Of a stretch of 64,000 bases of DNA, positions 29,064 to 40,078 are shown in pieces. The position numbers and the translations under genes were made by a program. Source of the stretch: Myxococcota bacterium (GTDB taxonomy: Bacteria; Myxococcota_A; UBA9160; JAFDDA01); contig OZ245817.1 in NCBI GenBank assembly GCA_965228475.1, forward strand, positions 3,264,001-3,328,000, read 5' to 3'. Position 1 is the stretch's first letter. The number at the start of each line of letters is the position of its first letter. Under the pieces are notes generated by a model. It was not told the origin of the DNA and did not search any database. It saw only the letters and a program-made list of their open reading frames with translations.

Positions 29064-29873
29064 TCAGCCCTCCCCGAGCTGCCGCTTCATGAAGAGGCCC
29101 ATGGCCCGGCGCACGAGGCTGCGCGGCAGGGCCGAGGCGACGTTGGCCGTGGCCTGGTTCGCGAGACCGGGGACGACGACCGCCTCGCCGCCCGCCAGCG
29201 CCTTCAGCGAGGCCGCGACCACCTCGTCGGGCTCCTGCCAGGCGGCGTCCGGGAGGCCCGTATCCTCCACCCCGGCGACGTCCTGGAACTCGGTCCGCGT
29301 GAAGCCCGGGCAGAGCGCCTGAACGGTCACGCCGGTGCCGCGCAGCTCCTCGTAGAGCCCTTCACTGAAAGACGTAACGAAAGCCTTGGTCGCGGCGTAG
29401 GTGGTCGTGAACGGCAACGGCGTGAAGCTTGCCATCGAGGAGACGTTGATGACCCCGCCCCGGCCCCGCTCGATCATGCCCGGCAGCGCCGCCCGCGCGA
29501 GCCGGACGAGCGCCAGCACGTTCAGGCGGATCTCCGACTCCTCCCGGTCCGGGTCGAGCCCGGCGAAGGCCCCGCTCGTCCCGAAGCCGGCGTTGTTCAC
29601 GAGCAGTTCCAGTGTGGGATCCGTCGCGAGCAGACCCTCGACGGAGGCGAGCTCGCCGGCGGAGGTGAGATCCGCGGGAAAGACCTCGACCTCGGCGCCG
29701 TGCTCCTGCTCGAGCTGCTTCGCGATCGCTTCCAGGCGCTCCGCCCGGCGCGCGACGAGCACGAGCCGCCACTTCTCGCGGGCGAGCTGCTGGCAGAAGG
29801 CGTGGCCGATGCCGGAGGAGGCGCCGGTGACGAGGGCGGTTCGGACGGGGACGGGGGCGGGGGTTTCGGCCAT
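29064..29873 (-). CDS. SDR oxidoreductase (DltE-like)
   Basis: TGASSGIG, NNAGFG, YAATK, CPGFTRTEF. Confidence 0.92.
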   Translation of the reverse strand: MAETPAPVPVRTALVTGASSGIGHAFCQQLAREKWRLVLVARRAERLEAIAKQLEQEHGAEVEVFPADLTSAGELASVEGLLATDPTLELLVNNAGFGTSGAFAGLDPDREESEIRLNVLALVRLARAALPGMIERGRGGVINVSSMASFTPLPFTTTYAATKAFVTSFSEGLYEELRGTGVTVQALCPGFTRTEFQDVAGVEDTGLPDAAWQEPDEVVAASLKALAGGEAVVVPGLANQATANVASALPRSLVRRAMGLFMKRQLGEG

Positions 29874-30044
29874 GGGTTCTCCGGGGTGGGCGCTCGGGGC
29901 CGTGAGAGAATCGCACAACGCCCCGGAGATTCCCGCGGCGGGCCAGGAAGGGCCCACCCCCGGGCCCCGATGGACGGAACCCGGGCCGTCGGCCAGCATC
30001 CAACCGCCCGGACGACGGCATGCGGGCGCCCTCGAGGAGAAATC

Positions 30045-30788
30045 ATGAGCGAACCCACCGCCGAAGGCATCGAAACGGCCCCCGCCGAGGCCCGCAGCAG
30101 CCGCCTGCGAACCGTCGGCCTGCTGCTGGCCGTGGTGGCGCTCATCGCCCTCGGCAGCCAGGCCGGCCCCTACCTCGAACGCTTCCGCGACTGGGTCGCG
30201 AGCCTGGGCCCGCTCGGGCCGCTCGTCTTCATCGCGGGCTACGCGACCGCGACGGTCTTCGGCATGCCGGGGGCGATCCTCACCCTGGCGGCCGGCCCGA
30301 TCTTCGGTGTCCTGTTCGGCTCCATCTACGTCTTCATCGGCGCGACCCTCGGCGCCTCCGGCGCGTTCCTCGCCGCACGCCACGTCGTGCGCAGCTCGAT
30401 CGAGCAGCGCGTCGCCGGCAACGCGCGCTTCGATGCGATCGACCGAGCGATCGCCCGGGACGGCCGGAAGATCGTCCTCCTGCTCCGCCTGTCCCCGGTC
30501 TTCCCCTTCAACCTGCTGAACTACTCGCTCGGCCTGACGCGCATCGGCTTTCTCGACTACGTCGTCGCCTCGGTCGGGATGATCCCGGGCACCGTGCTCT
30601 ACGTGTACATCGGCGCGCTCGGCGGAAACGCCGCCGTGGCCGCTTCGGGCGGTGGCGAGGCCGACACGGCAAAGCTCGCGGCCCAGGTGATCGGCTTCGC
30701 CGCGACCCTCGTGGTCACCCTGCTCGTGACGCGGACCGCGCGCCGGGCCCTCGCCGAAGCGGCCCTCACCGACGAAGCCAGCGAATAG
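30045..30788 (+). CDS. TVP38/TMEM64 (DedA superfamily) membrane protein
   Basis: GAGGAG SD; GATLGASGAF, LLRLSPVFPFNLLNYSLGLT, GMIPGT. Confidence 0.92.
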   Translation: MSEPTAEGIETAPAEARSSRLRTVGLLLAVVALIALGSQAGPYLERFRDWVASLGPLGPLVFIAGYATATVFGMPGAILTLAAGPIFGVLFGSIYVFIGATLGASGAFLAARHVVRSSIEQRVAGNARFDAIDRAIARDGRKIVLLLRLSPVFPFNLLNYSLGLTRIGFLDYVVASVGMIPGTVLYVYIGALGGNAAVAASGGGEADTAKLAAQVIGFAATLVVTLLVTRTARRALAEAALTDEASE

Positions 30789-30819
30789 ACCCGCCACGAA
30801 CGAACGAGGAATCGACCCC

Positions 30820-32349
30820 ATGACCGCCAACCCGAGCACGGTCCCCGGCGACCCCCACGACGAAACCCTCCTCGCGAACGTCGCGCCCGAGGACTGGAAG
30901 AATCCGGAGCCGGCCGGCCGCTACAACCTCGTGGTGCTCGGTGCCGGAACGGCCGGTCTGATCACCGCCGCCGTGGCCGCCGGAATCGGCGCCCGGGTCG
31001 CCCTCGTCGAGCGCCACATGATGGGCGGCGACTGCCTGAACGTCGGCTGCGTCCCCTCGAAGGGCGTGATCCGCGAAGGCCGCCGGGCGGCGGAAGCGCG
31101 CAGCGCGGCGGCGATCGGCCTGCCCGCCTCGGAGCCCGGCGACGTCGACTTCGCCGCCGCCATGGACCGCATGCGCGCGAAGCGGGCCCACATCAGCGAA
31201 GAGGACTCCGCGGCCCGCTACCAGAACGAGCTCGGCGTGGACGTCTACCGCGGCGAGGCCCGCTTCGTCGGCGGCGACGAGGTCGAGGTCGCGGGGACGC
31301 GGCTGCGCTTCAAGAAGGCCGTGATCTGCACGGGCGCGCGCGCGGCGGCGCCGCCGATCGACGGCCTCGCCGAGACCGGGTACGTCGACAACGAGACGGT
31401 CTTCGCGCTCACCGAGCGGCCGAAGCGGCTCGGCGTGATCGGCTCGGGCCCGATCGGCTGCGAGCTCGCCCAGGCCTTCCGGCGCCTCGGCAGCGAGGTC
31501 GTGCTGTTCGAGCAGGCGAGCCGCATCATGACCCGCGAAGACGCCGGCGCCGCCGAGATCGTCCAGCGCCAGTTCGAGGCCGACGGCGTCGAACTCGTGC
31601 TCGGCGCCCAGATCCAGCGCGTCTCCGCCCGCGACGGCCGCAAGATCATCCACGCGAAGGACGGCGAAGGCCGCGAGCACGAGTTCCCCGTCGACGAGAT
31701 CCTCGTCGGCGTCGGCCGCGCGCCGAACATCGACGGCCTCGGGCTCGAGACTGTCGGCGTCGAAACGACGCGCCACGGCGTCGTCGTCGACGACGCCCTG
31801 CGCACGAGCAACCCGAAGATCTACGCCGCCGGCGACGTCTGCATGCGCTGGAAGTTCACCCACGCGGCCGACGCCGCGGCCAAGATCGTCGTGCGCAACG
31901 CGCTCTTCCCGTTCCTGCCCAAGCAGAAGGTCTCGAGCCTGGTGATGCCCTGGTGCACGTACACCGAGCCCGAGGTCGCCCACGTCGGCCTCTACGCCCA
32001 CGACGCCGCCGAGCAGGGGATCGAGATCGACACGATCGAGATGCCCCTCGAGAAGGTGAACCGCGCCGTGCTCGACGGCGAGAGCGAGGGCTTCGTGAAG
32101 GTCCACCTGCGCAAGGGCAAGGACGAGATCCTCGGCGCGACCATCGTGGCGAGCCACGCCGGCGAGATGATCAGCGAGATCACGCTCGCCATGGTCGGCA
32201 AGCTCGGCCTCGGCACGATCCTTAACGTGATCCACCCCTACCCGACCCAGGCCGAGGCGATCAAGCGGGTGGCCGGCGAACACGCGCGCCGCCGCCTGAC
32301 CCCGACCGCGGCGAAGATCCTCGGTCGCATCATGGCCTGGAGCCGTTAG
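30820..32349 (+). CDS. Pyridine nucleotide-disulfide oxidoreductase (MerA/LpdA-like)
   Basis: GAGTAG, GGDCLNVGCVPSK, GSGPIG, IYAAGD, HPYPTQAE; no C-terminal Cys pair. Confidence 0.9.
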   Translation: MTANPSTVPGDPHDETLLANVAPEDWKNPEPAGRYNLVVLGAGTAGLITAAVAAGIGARVALVERHMMGGDCLNVGCVPSKGVIREGRRAAEARSAAAIGLPASEPGDVDFAAAMDRMRAKRAHISEEDSAARYQNELGVDVYRGEARFVGGDEVEVAGTRLRFKKAVICTGARAAAPPIDGLAETGYVDNETVFALTERPKRLGVIGSGPIGCELAQAFRRLGSEVVLFEQASRIMTREDAGAAEIVQRQFEADGVELVLGAQIQRVSARDGRKIIHAKDGEGREHEFPVDEILVGVGRAPNIDGLGLETVGVETTRHGVVVDDALRTSNPKIYAAGDVCMRWKFTHAADAAAKIVVRNALFPFLPKQKVSSLVMPWCTYTEPEVAHVGLYAHDAAEQGIEIDTIEMPLEKVNRAVLDGESEGFVKVHLRKGKDEILGATIVASHAGEMISEITLAMVGKLGLGTILNVIHPYPTQAEAIKRVAGEHARRRLTPTAAKILGRIMAWSR

Positions 32350-32367
32350 GCTCCGGGTGGAGGTTCC

Positions 32368-33663
32368 ATGTCCGACACCGACGTCTTCCAGGATGCTCTC
32401 TCCCGGCTCGAGCGGATCGGCAAGGCGGCCGACATCGCGCCGAACGTGCTCGACGCACTTCGCCAGCCGAAGGCGCTCATGACGGCTTCGATCCCCGTCC
32501 GCAAGGACGACGGCAGCCTCCAGTACTTCACCGCCTTCCGCTGCCGCTACAACGACGCGCGCGGCCCGGCCAAGGGCGGCATCCGCTACCACCCGGACGT
32601 CTCGCGCGAAGAGGTCCAGGCCCTCGCGTTCTGGATGACGGTGAAGTGTGCGGTCGTCGGCATCCCCTACGGCGGTGGCAAGGGCGGCGTGATCGTCGAT
32701 CCGAAGTCGCTTTCGCCGATGGAGCTCGAGCGCCTCTCGCGCGGCTACATGCGCGCGATGGCGGACTTCGTCGGCCCCGAGACGGACATCCCTGCCCCCG
32801 ACGTCTACACCAACGCCCGCATCATGGGCTGGATGGCCGACGAGTACGAGACGATCCACCGCCGCAAGGCGCCGGGCGTCATCACGGGAAAGCCGATCGA
32901 GCTCGGCGGGAGCCAGGGCCGGAGCGAGGCGACCGGCCGCGGGGCCTACCACGTGATCCAACGCTACGCCGAGCGCACGGGGCTCGACCCGAAGAAGACC
33001 CGGGTCGCGGTCCAGGGTTTCGGCAACGCGGGCTACCACGTCGCGCGGCTGCTCCAGCAGGACGGGTACAAGATCGTCGCCGCCTCGGATTCGAAGGGCG
33101 CGATCTACTCCGAGGACGGCTTCGACGTCGAGAGCCTCTACCAGCAGAAGCAGGAGACGCGCGTCCTCGAGGGCGTCTACTGCAACGGCTCGGTCTGCGA
33201 GCTCGTCGACCACGAGGACATCACCAACGAGGCCCTGCTCGAGCTCGACGTGGACATCCTGATCCCGGCCGCGCTCGAAGGCGTGATCACCTCGAAGAAC
33301 GCGAAGAACATCCGGGCCCGGGCGATCGCCGAGGTGGCCAACGGCCCGGTCAGCGGCGATGCCGACGACATCCTCGCCGATGCGGGCGTCACCGTCCTCC
33401 CGGACGTCCTGGTCAACGCCGGCGGCGTGACCGTGAGCTACTTCGAGTGGGTCCAGAACCGCGAGGGCTACCCGTGGACGCTCGAGACCGTCCGCGAACG
33501 GCTCGCGCGCACCATGAACGAATCCTTCGATGCGATGTGGGACGCCATGGAAGCGGAGAAGCTCGACGCCCGGACCGCCGCCTACGCGGTGGCCCTGCGG
33601 CGGATCGGCGAGACCATCGGCGCCCAGGGCGACGCGGCCTACTTCCGCGGCGATGGCCGCTAG
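32368..33663 (+). CDS. gdhA: Glu/Leu/Phe/Val dehydrogenase (glutamate dehydrogenase)
   Basis: GPAKGGIRYH, GGGKGG, DIPAPDV, QGFGNAG, NAGGVTVSYFEWVQN. Confidence 0.92.
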   Translation: MSDTDVFQDALSRLERIGKAADIAPNVLDALRQPKALMTASIPVRKDDGSLQYFTAFRCRYNDARGPAKGGIRYHPDVSREEVQALAFWMTVKCAVVGIPYGGGKGGVIVDPKSLSPMELERLSRGYMRAMADFVGPETDIPAPDVYTNARIMGWMADEYETIHRRKAPGVITGKPIELGGSQGRSEATGRGAYHVIQRYAERTGLDPKKTRVAVQGFGNAGYHVARLLQQDGYKIVAASDSKGAIYSEDGFDVESLYQQKQETRVLEGVYCNGSVCELVDHEDITNEALLELDVDILIPAALEGVITSKNAKNIRARAIAEVANGPVSGDADDILADAGVTVLPDVLVNAGGVTVSYFEWVQNREGYPWTLETVRERLARTMNESFDAMWDAMEAEKLDARTAAYAVALRRIGETIGAQGDAAYFRGDGR

Positions 33664-33672
33664 CCGCCCGGC

Positions 33673-34662
33673 GTGCCGCGGCTAGCGCGCTCGCCGCTCC
33701 TGCACTTTCTTCTCCTCGGCGGCCTGGCGTTCCTCGTCGTCCCGGAGGCGAAGCCGGTCCTCCAGGTCGACCCGGACGCCGTCGCCCGAACCTTCGCCGC
33801 GGAGGCCGGGCGCCCGCCGACTCCCGCCGAGCTCGAGCGCAACGTCGAACGGGAGATCGATGCCCGCGTCCTCGAGGCCGAAGCCTGGCGGCGGGGCCTC
33901 GACCGCCACGACTCGGCCGTGGCCACCCGCCTGGCGCGAATCGGGGACTTCGTGGACCCGGACGCCCCCGCTTCGGAACGCGCAGCCCGGGTGCGCGCGA
34001 TCGGGGCGGACCGGAGCGATCCGGTGCTCCGCGCGTACCTCGCCGAGCGCATGCGCAAGCTCCTGCTCGAGGACGTCGAAGCCGAAGCCGCCTCCGACGC
34101 GGTCCTGGCCGTGCACCTCGCCGCCCACCCGGAGCGCTTCGCGCGGACCGAGCGGCTCGTCGTCGAGCACGTGTTCCGCCGCGGCCCCGGCTCTCCCGAG
34201 GCGGACGACGCGTTCGCGGAGAGGCTGGCCGGGCTCACGCCGGCCGAGGCCGCGCGCCACGCGGACCCCTTCCCGCTGCCCAGCCGCATCGCCGGCTCGC
34301 GCGCCGAGATCGAGCGCGAGCTCGGCCCGGGCGCCACGCGCGGGCTCGACCCGGGCGCTCTCGAGCGCTGGCAGGGCCCGCTGCGCGGAACCCTCGGGCG
34401 CCACTGGATGTGGGTCTCGGCGTACGACCCGCCCCACGCCCCGACCCTCGAGGCCGTGCGCGCGGAGGTCGAAGCGGATTGGCGAGCGGCCCGCCGCGGC
34501 GCGCATCTGGCGCGGAGGCTGGCGGAGCTGCGCGAGCGCTACGAGGTGCGGCGCGCCGAGAGGATCGCCGCCACGAGCGCCTCGGGAACGTCCTCGGGGA
34601 TCGGCGCATCCTCGCCGCAGTCGCGGCAGATCGACTTGCCGAGTTCGACGGTGCGGCGGTAG
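33673..34662 (+). CDS. PpiC/rotamase-like membrane-anchored chaperone
   Basis: SPLLHFLLLGG N-terminus, GLDRHD, HPERF, EHVF, WQGPLRGTLGRH. Confidence 0.7.
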   Translation: MPRLARSPLLHFLLLGGLAFLVVPEAKPVLQVDPDAVARTFAAEAGRPPTPAELERNVEREIDARVLEAEAWRRGLDRHDSAVATRLARIGDFVDPDAPASERAARVRAIGADRSDPVLRAYLAERMRKLLLEDVEAEAASDAVLAVHLAAHPERFARTERLVVEHVFRRGPGSPEADDAFAERLAGLTPAEAARHADPFPLPSRIAGSRAEIERELGPGATRGLDPGALERWQGPLRGTLGRHWMWVSAYDPPHAPTLEAVRAEVEADWRAARRGAHLARRLAELRERYEVRRAERIAATSASGTSSGIGASSPQSRQIDLPSSTVRR

Positions 34663-34787
34663 GTGTCGAGGTAGACCTCGCACGGCGGGCAGTCGGCGAG
34701 ATGCGCTTCGAAGTGGGCGCGCTGCTCGGCCGGCAGCTCGGCGTCGAGGTACGCCATCAGGAAGTCCACCATCTCCTTGCAGGTCAT
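34539..34787 (-). CDS. zf-HC2 (ZAS) soluble anti-sigma factor
   Basis: MTC..YLDAEL..HLADCPPC (HxxxCxxC); ATGA-coupled to the sigma gene. Confidence 0.88.
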   Translation of the reverse strand: MTCKEMVDFLMAYLDAELPAEQRAHFEAHLADCPPCEVYLDTYRRTVELGKSICRDCGEDAPIPEDVPEALVAAILSARRTS

Positions 34788-35389
34788 CCGCTCTCCTCCT
34801 GCACGAGATCGGGCTCGAGCAGCGTCCGCAGCGCCTGTCGCGCCCGGTGCAGGCGCGTCTTCACCGCTCCCGTGCTGAGCGAGAGCGCCTCGGCCGTCTC
34901 CTCCGTGTCGAGCCCTTCCACGTCCCTTAGAAGCAGGATCGTCCGATAGGTTTCGGGGAGTTCGTGAATCCGGTCGAAGACGAGCTGCCGGAGTTCCCGG
35001 CGCTCGAGGGCCTCGTCCCCGGGCGCGGCCCAGGCCGGGGTCGGCTTCTCCATGTGGCCGTCCTCGATGAACTTCGGGAGGAGCGCGTCGATCGGCTCCT
35101 CGGGCTTGCGGCGGCGCGTGCGCATCTTCATCAGCGCGGCGTTCACGACGATGCGGTGCAGCCAGGTCCCGAGCTGGGAGCCGCCCTCGAAGCGGTCGAT
35201 GGCCTTGAAGGCGGAGAGGAACGCGTCCTGGACGGCGTCGCCGGCGTCGTCGTCGCTGCGCAGCATGCGCTTGGCGACGGCGAACATGCGGCCGCCGTGG
35301 GTGCGGACGAGCTGTTCGTAGGCCGCCTCGTCTCCCGCGCGCAGCCCCTCGAGCAGCTTGCCCTCGTCCGGCGGCGGGGGCGCGCTCAC
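34784..35389 (-). CDS. ECF sigma-70 factor
   Basis: DAVQDAFLSA, FEG.SQLGTWLHRIVVN, LRDVEGL..ETA..VKTRLHRAR. Confidence 0.95.
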   Translation of the reverse strand: MSAPPPPDEGKLLEGLRAGDEAAYEQLVRTHGGRMFAVAKRMLRSDDDAGDAVQDAFLSAFKAIDRFEGGSQLGTWLHRIVVNAALMKMRTRRRKPEEPIDALLPKFIEDGHMEKPTPAWAAPGDEALERRELRQLVFDRIHELPETYRTILLLRDVEGLDTEETAEALSLSTGAVKTRLHRARQALRTLLEPDLVQEESG

Positions 35390-35452
35390 GGGGCGGCGGG
35401 ATCCGGCGGCGACGGAGGCGTGCTCACGGGGCGGAGGTTACCATGGGCCGCG

Positions 35453-35980
35453 ATGTCCGCCCTGCTCCGCTTCCTCGGGATCCGCCCCGCCACCCCCGCC
35501 GAGAGCCGTGACGCCGAGACCGATTCGGTCCGCCGGATCGCCGCCCGGCTCGACCAGCTCGACCCGCAGATCGCGAAGTACCTCGCGGCCTTCGCCTACG
35601 TGCTCGCGCGCGTCGCCCACGCCGATCTCGAGATCGACGAAGCGGAGACCGAGAAGATGCAGGACGTGGTGGCGCGGGTCGGCAAGCTCTCGGAGGACGA
35701 GGCCGTGCTCGCGGTGGAGATCGCGAAGTCCCAGGCGCGCGTCCTCGGCGGCACCGAGAACTACGTCGTCACGCGGGAGTTCCGACGCATCTCGAGCCCG
35801 ACCCAGCGGAGCCAGCTGCTCGAGTGCCTCTACGCGGTGGCCGCGGCCGACGGGGCGATCTCGAGCGTCGAGTCCCAGGAGATCCGCAGCATCGCCGAGG
35901 AGCTCGGATTCACGCGCGACGAGGCGAACGCCCTGCGCTCCCAGTACCGAGATCAGATCTCGGTACTGAAGAAGGACTGA
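35453..35980 (+). CDS. TerB-family protein
   Basis: RVAHADLEIDEAE and AVAAADGAISSVE repeats. Confidence 0.8.
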   Translation: MSALLRFLGIRPATPAESRDAETDSVRRIAARLDQLDPQIAKYLAAFAYVLARVAHADLEIDEAETEKMQDVVARVGKLSEDEAVLAVEIAKSQARVLGGTENYVVTREFRRISSPTQRSQLLECLYAVAAADGAISSVESQEIRSIAEELGFTRDEANALRSQYRDQISVLKKD

Positions 35981-35989
35981 GCGGCTGCC

Positions 35990-36673
35990 TCAGTTCCGGA
36001 TCAGGAGCAGCGACTGCGGGTCGAGCGCGACGTGCAGCGCGGAGACGTCCGGGTTGTCGTGATCCTTGAGGGCCCGGAGCACGACGGCGTCCTGGCCGGG
36101 CTCGAGGGCCAGTACCACGCTCACCTCACCCTGGGCCGGCCCGAGCCGGTCCGGCAGGCCCGCGACCTTCTCCTCACCGCCCGCGACGGCCAGCCAGAGC
36201 TCGAGGCCGTGCTCCGCGGCGAGCTCCCGCAGGGCCTTCACGTCCGTCGCCGCCAGCACCTCGGCACCGTCGACGATCACCACGTTCGGCTTCTTGCCGG
36301 CCTCCGCCTCGAGGCCGAGCGCTTCCCGGAGCTTGCCCACGTGGAAGCCTTCGGAGGCGTAGACGCGGATGCTGCGGCGGCTGTCGGCCTCGGCGTGCAC
36401 CGTGGCCGCGTCCTCGAGCTTGCTCTGCTGGGAGAGTTCGTCGAAGACGGTGTCGTAGTAGGTCCGGATGTGATCGACGGTCTGATCGAGGCCGACGTGG
36501 AGCACGTTGTGGTCGCGCAGCAGGTGGTCGAGCGCCATCCCGACCAGGAAGGAAGACTTGCCGACGCCGTGGCCCGCCAGGACCACGCCGAGGTTCCCCG
36601 CGCCGAGGCCGCCGTGGAGGCCTTTCTCGAGCATGCGGATCGGGCTTCGGGCCGTCAGATACTCGCGGTACAT
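35990..36673 (-). CDS. RecA/KaiC/DnaB-like P-loop ATPase
   Basis: GGLGAGNLGVVLAGHGVGKS Walker A; VVIVDG Walker B. Confidence 0.75.
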   Translation of the reverse strand: MYREYLTARSPIRMLEKGLHGGLGAGNLGVVLAGHGVGKSSFLVGMALDHLLRDHNVLHVGLDQTVDHIRTYYDTVFDELSQQSKLEDAATVHAEADSRRSIRVYASEGFHVGKLREALGLEAEAGKKPNVVIVDGAEVLAATDVKALRELAAEHGLELWLAVAGGEEKVAGLPDRLGPAQGEVSVVLALEPGQDAVVLRALKDHDNPDVSALHVALDPQSLLLIRN

Positions 36674-36733
36674 CGCTCCCCCTGAAACTCGCGGGCGTCA
36701 CGCACCCGCGAAGACTGGGCGTCTCTTGCCAGT

Positions 36734-38833
<2,100 letters not shown>

Positions 38834-39114
38834 GTCGTCACCGCCTGGCTGGTGATCCCCCGGCCCACGGGCCTCGGGATCTAGGGCCCCCACTCCCCCT
38901 CCCCAGGGGGAAACAGCGAAGAGCCCGTCACGTCAATGTGTTCGTTCGCGAATGCGTACGCCCACCTCCCGGCGTCCATCCGGGGGGCGGGCTTGAGCCC
39001 TTGTTTTTGGGCGGCGGCAATGTAGCGAGTGGGGGCGGAGGGGGCCACCGGGGGCCCGCCGCCGCCTGCTGGCGGGCGAAGCCGTATAGAATCGGCCCCA
39101 CGCGGAGGTTCCCC

Positions 39115-40065
39115 ATGCGCTGGCTCGTCCTGCCCCTGTCCTTGCTGCTCCTCACGGCCCCGGCCCACGCGGGCGACGGGGCGCTCGAGATCAACCAGGC
39201 CTGCGTGAACTCCGGCTGCTTCCCGGGAGATGCGCCGGGCTTCCCGGTCGAGATCACCTCACAGGCCAGCTATCGGCTGACCAGCAACCTGATCGGGACC
39301 AACGGGGGCACGGCCATCTCGATCCAGGCGAGTGGCGTGACGATCGACTTCGGCGGCTTCACGGTGGGCCCGTGCACCAACGTCTCGCAAATCTGCCCGA
39401 TCCTCCTGGAGCAGGACGGGATCTCGGGCAGCGCCTTCAACGACGTGACGCTCCGCAACGGTGTCGTCGAGTTCTTCCGGGGCGACGGCATCGACCTCGG
39501 CCAGCGCGCCCTCGTGGAAGACATGGTGATCCGGAACAACACGCGAAACGGTCTGCGCGTCCTCCAGAACTCCATCGTCCGGAAGAACCGCATCTCCAAC
39601 AACGGCGGCACCGGCGCCTCCTTGGGCGCGGGCACCTCCTGGGGTGGCAACGTCCTCACCCAGAATGGGCGCAACTTCGCGGGCAACGCTTTCGCGGCCC
39701 TCCCGAACGTCTGCGACGGCCGGTCCTGCAGCAAGTCGGACACCGGCCGGCGCTTCTACCTCACGAGTGATCTCGCGCAGTGGGCGGATGCGGACGCGGC
39801 GTGTGCCGACGGCTATCGCATGGCGTTCCAGGCGGAGCTGACGAACTCGGCCGCGCTCGTCTACCAGGAGGGGCTCGGCGAAGACCGCGCGACGGCGCTG
39901 CGTGCCGGGGGCGGTGGCCGAGGCTACATCGCCGACCGCTGCTTCGTCCTCGAGTTCGAGACCACGGGGGCCGCGAACGTCTTTGGCGAAGGGCAGTGGC
40001 TGGCCGACGACCCCGGAAGCTGCGTCTTCACCTCCGGGCGACCGGTTTGGTGCATCCAGGAGTAG
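39115..40065 (+). CDS. Secreted beta-helix protein with C-terminal Cys-containing lectin-like module; paralog of 22958-23659
   Basis: GGAGG SD; signal peptide; EINQAC..GCFPGDAPGFPVEI..SYRLTSNL; FYLT..AACADGYRMA..PVWC tail. Confidence 0.8.
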   Translation: MRWLVLPLSLLLLTAPAHAGDGALEINQACVNSGCFPGDAPGFPVEITSQASYRLTSNLIGTNGGTAISIQASGVTIDFGGFTVGPCTNVSQICPILLEQDGISGSAFNDVTLRNGVVEFFRGDGIDLGQRALVEDMVIRNNTRNGLRVLQNSIVRKNRISNNGGTGASLGAGTSWGGNVLTQNGRNFAGNAFAALPNVCDGRSCSKSDTGRRFYLTSDLAQWADADAACADGYRMAFQAELTNSAALVYQEGLGEDRATALRAGGGGRGYIADRCFVLEFETTGAANVFGEGQWLADDPGSCVFTSGRPVWCIQE

Positions 40066-40078
40066 CGCCGAGCGCGCC

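Noticed and set aside
30820..32349. Mercuric reductase / mercury resistance
   Set aside because: No C-terminal Cys-Cys pair, no NmerA domain and no merR/T/P nearby.
35453..36673. Tellurite-resistance operon or KaiC circadian clock
   Set aside because: Lone TerB-like gene; single-domain ATPase without kaiA/kaiB.
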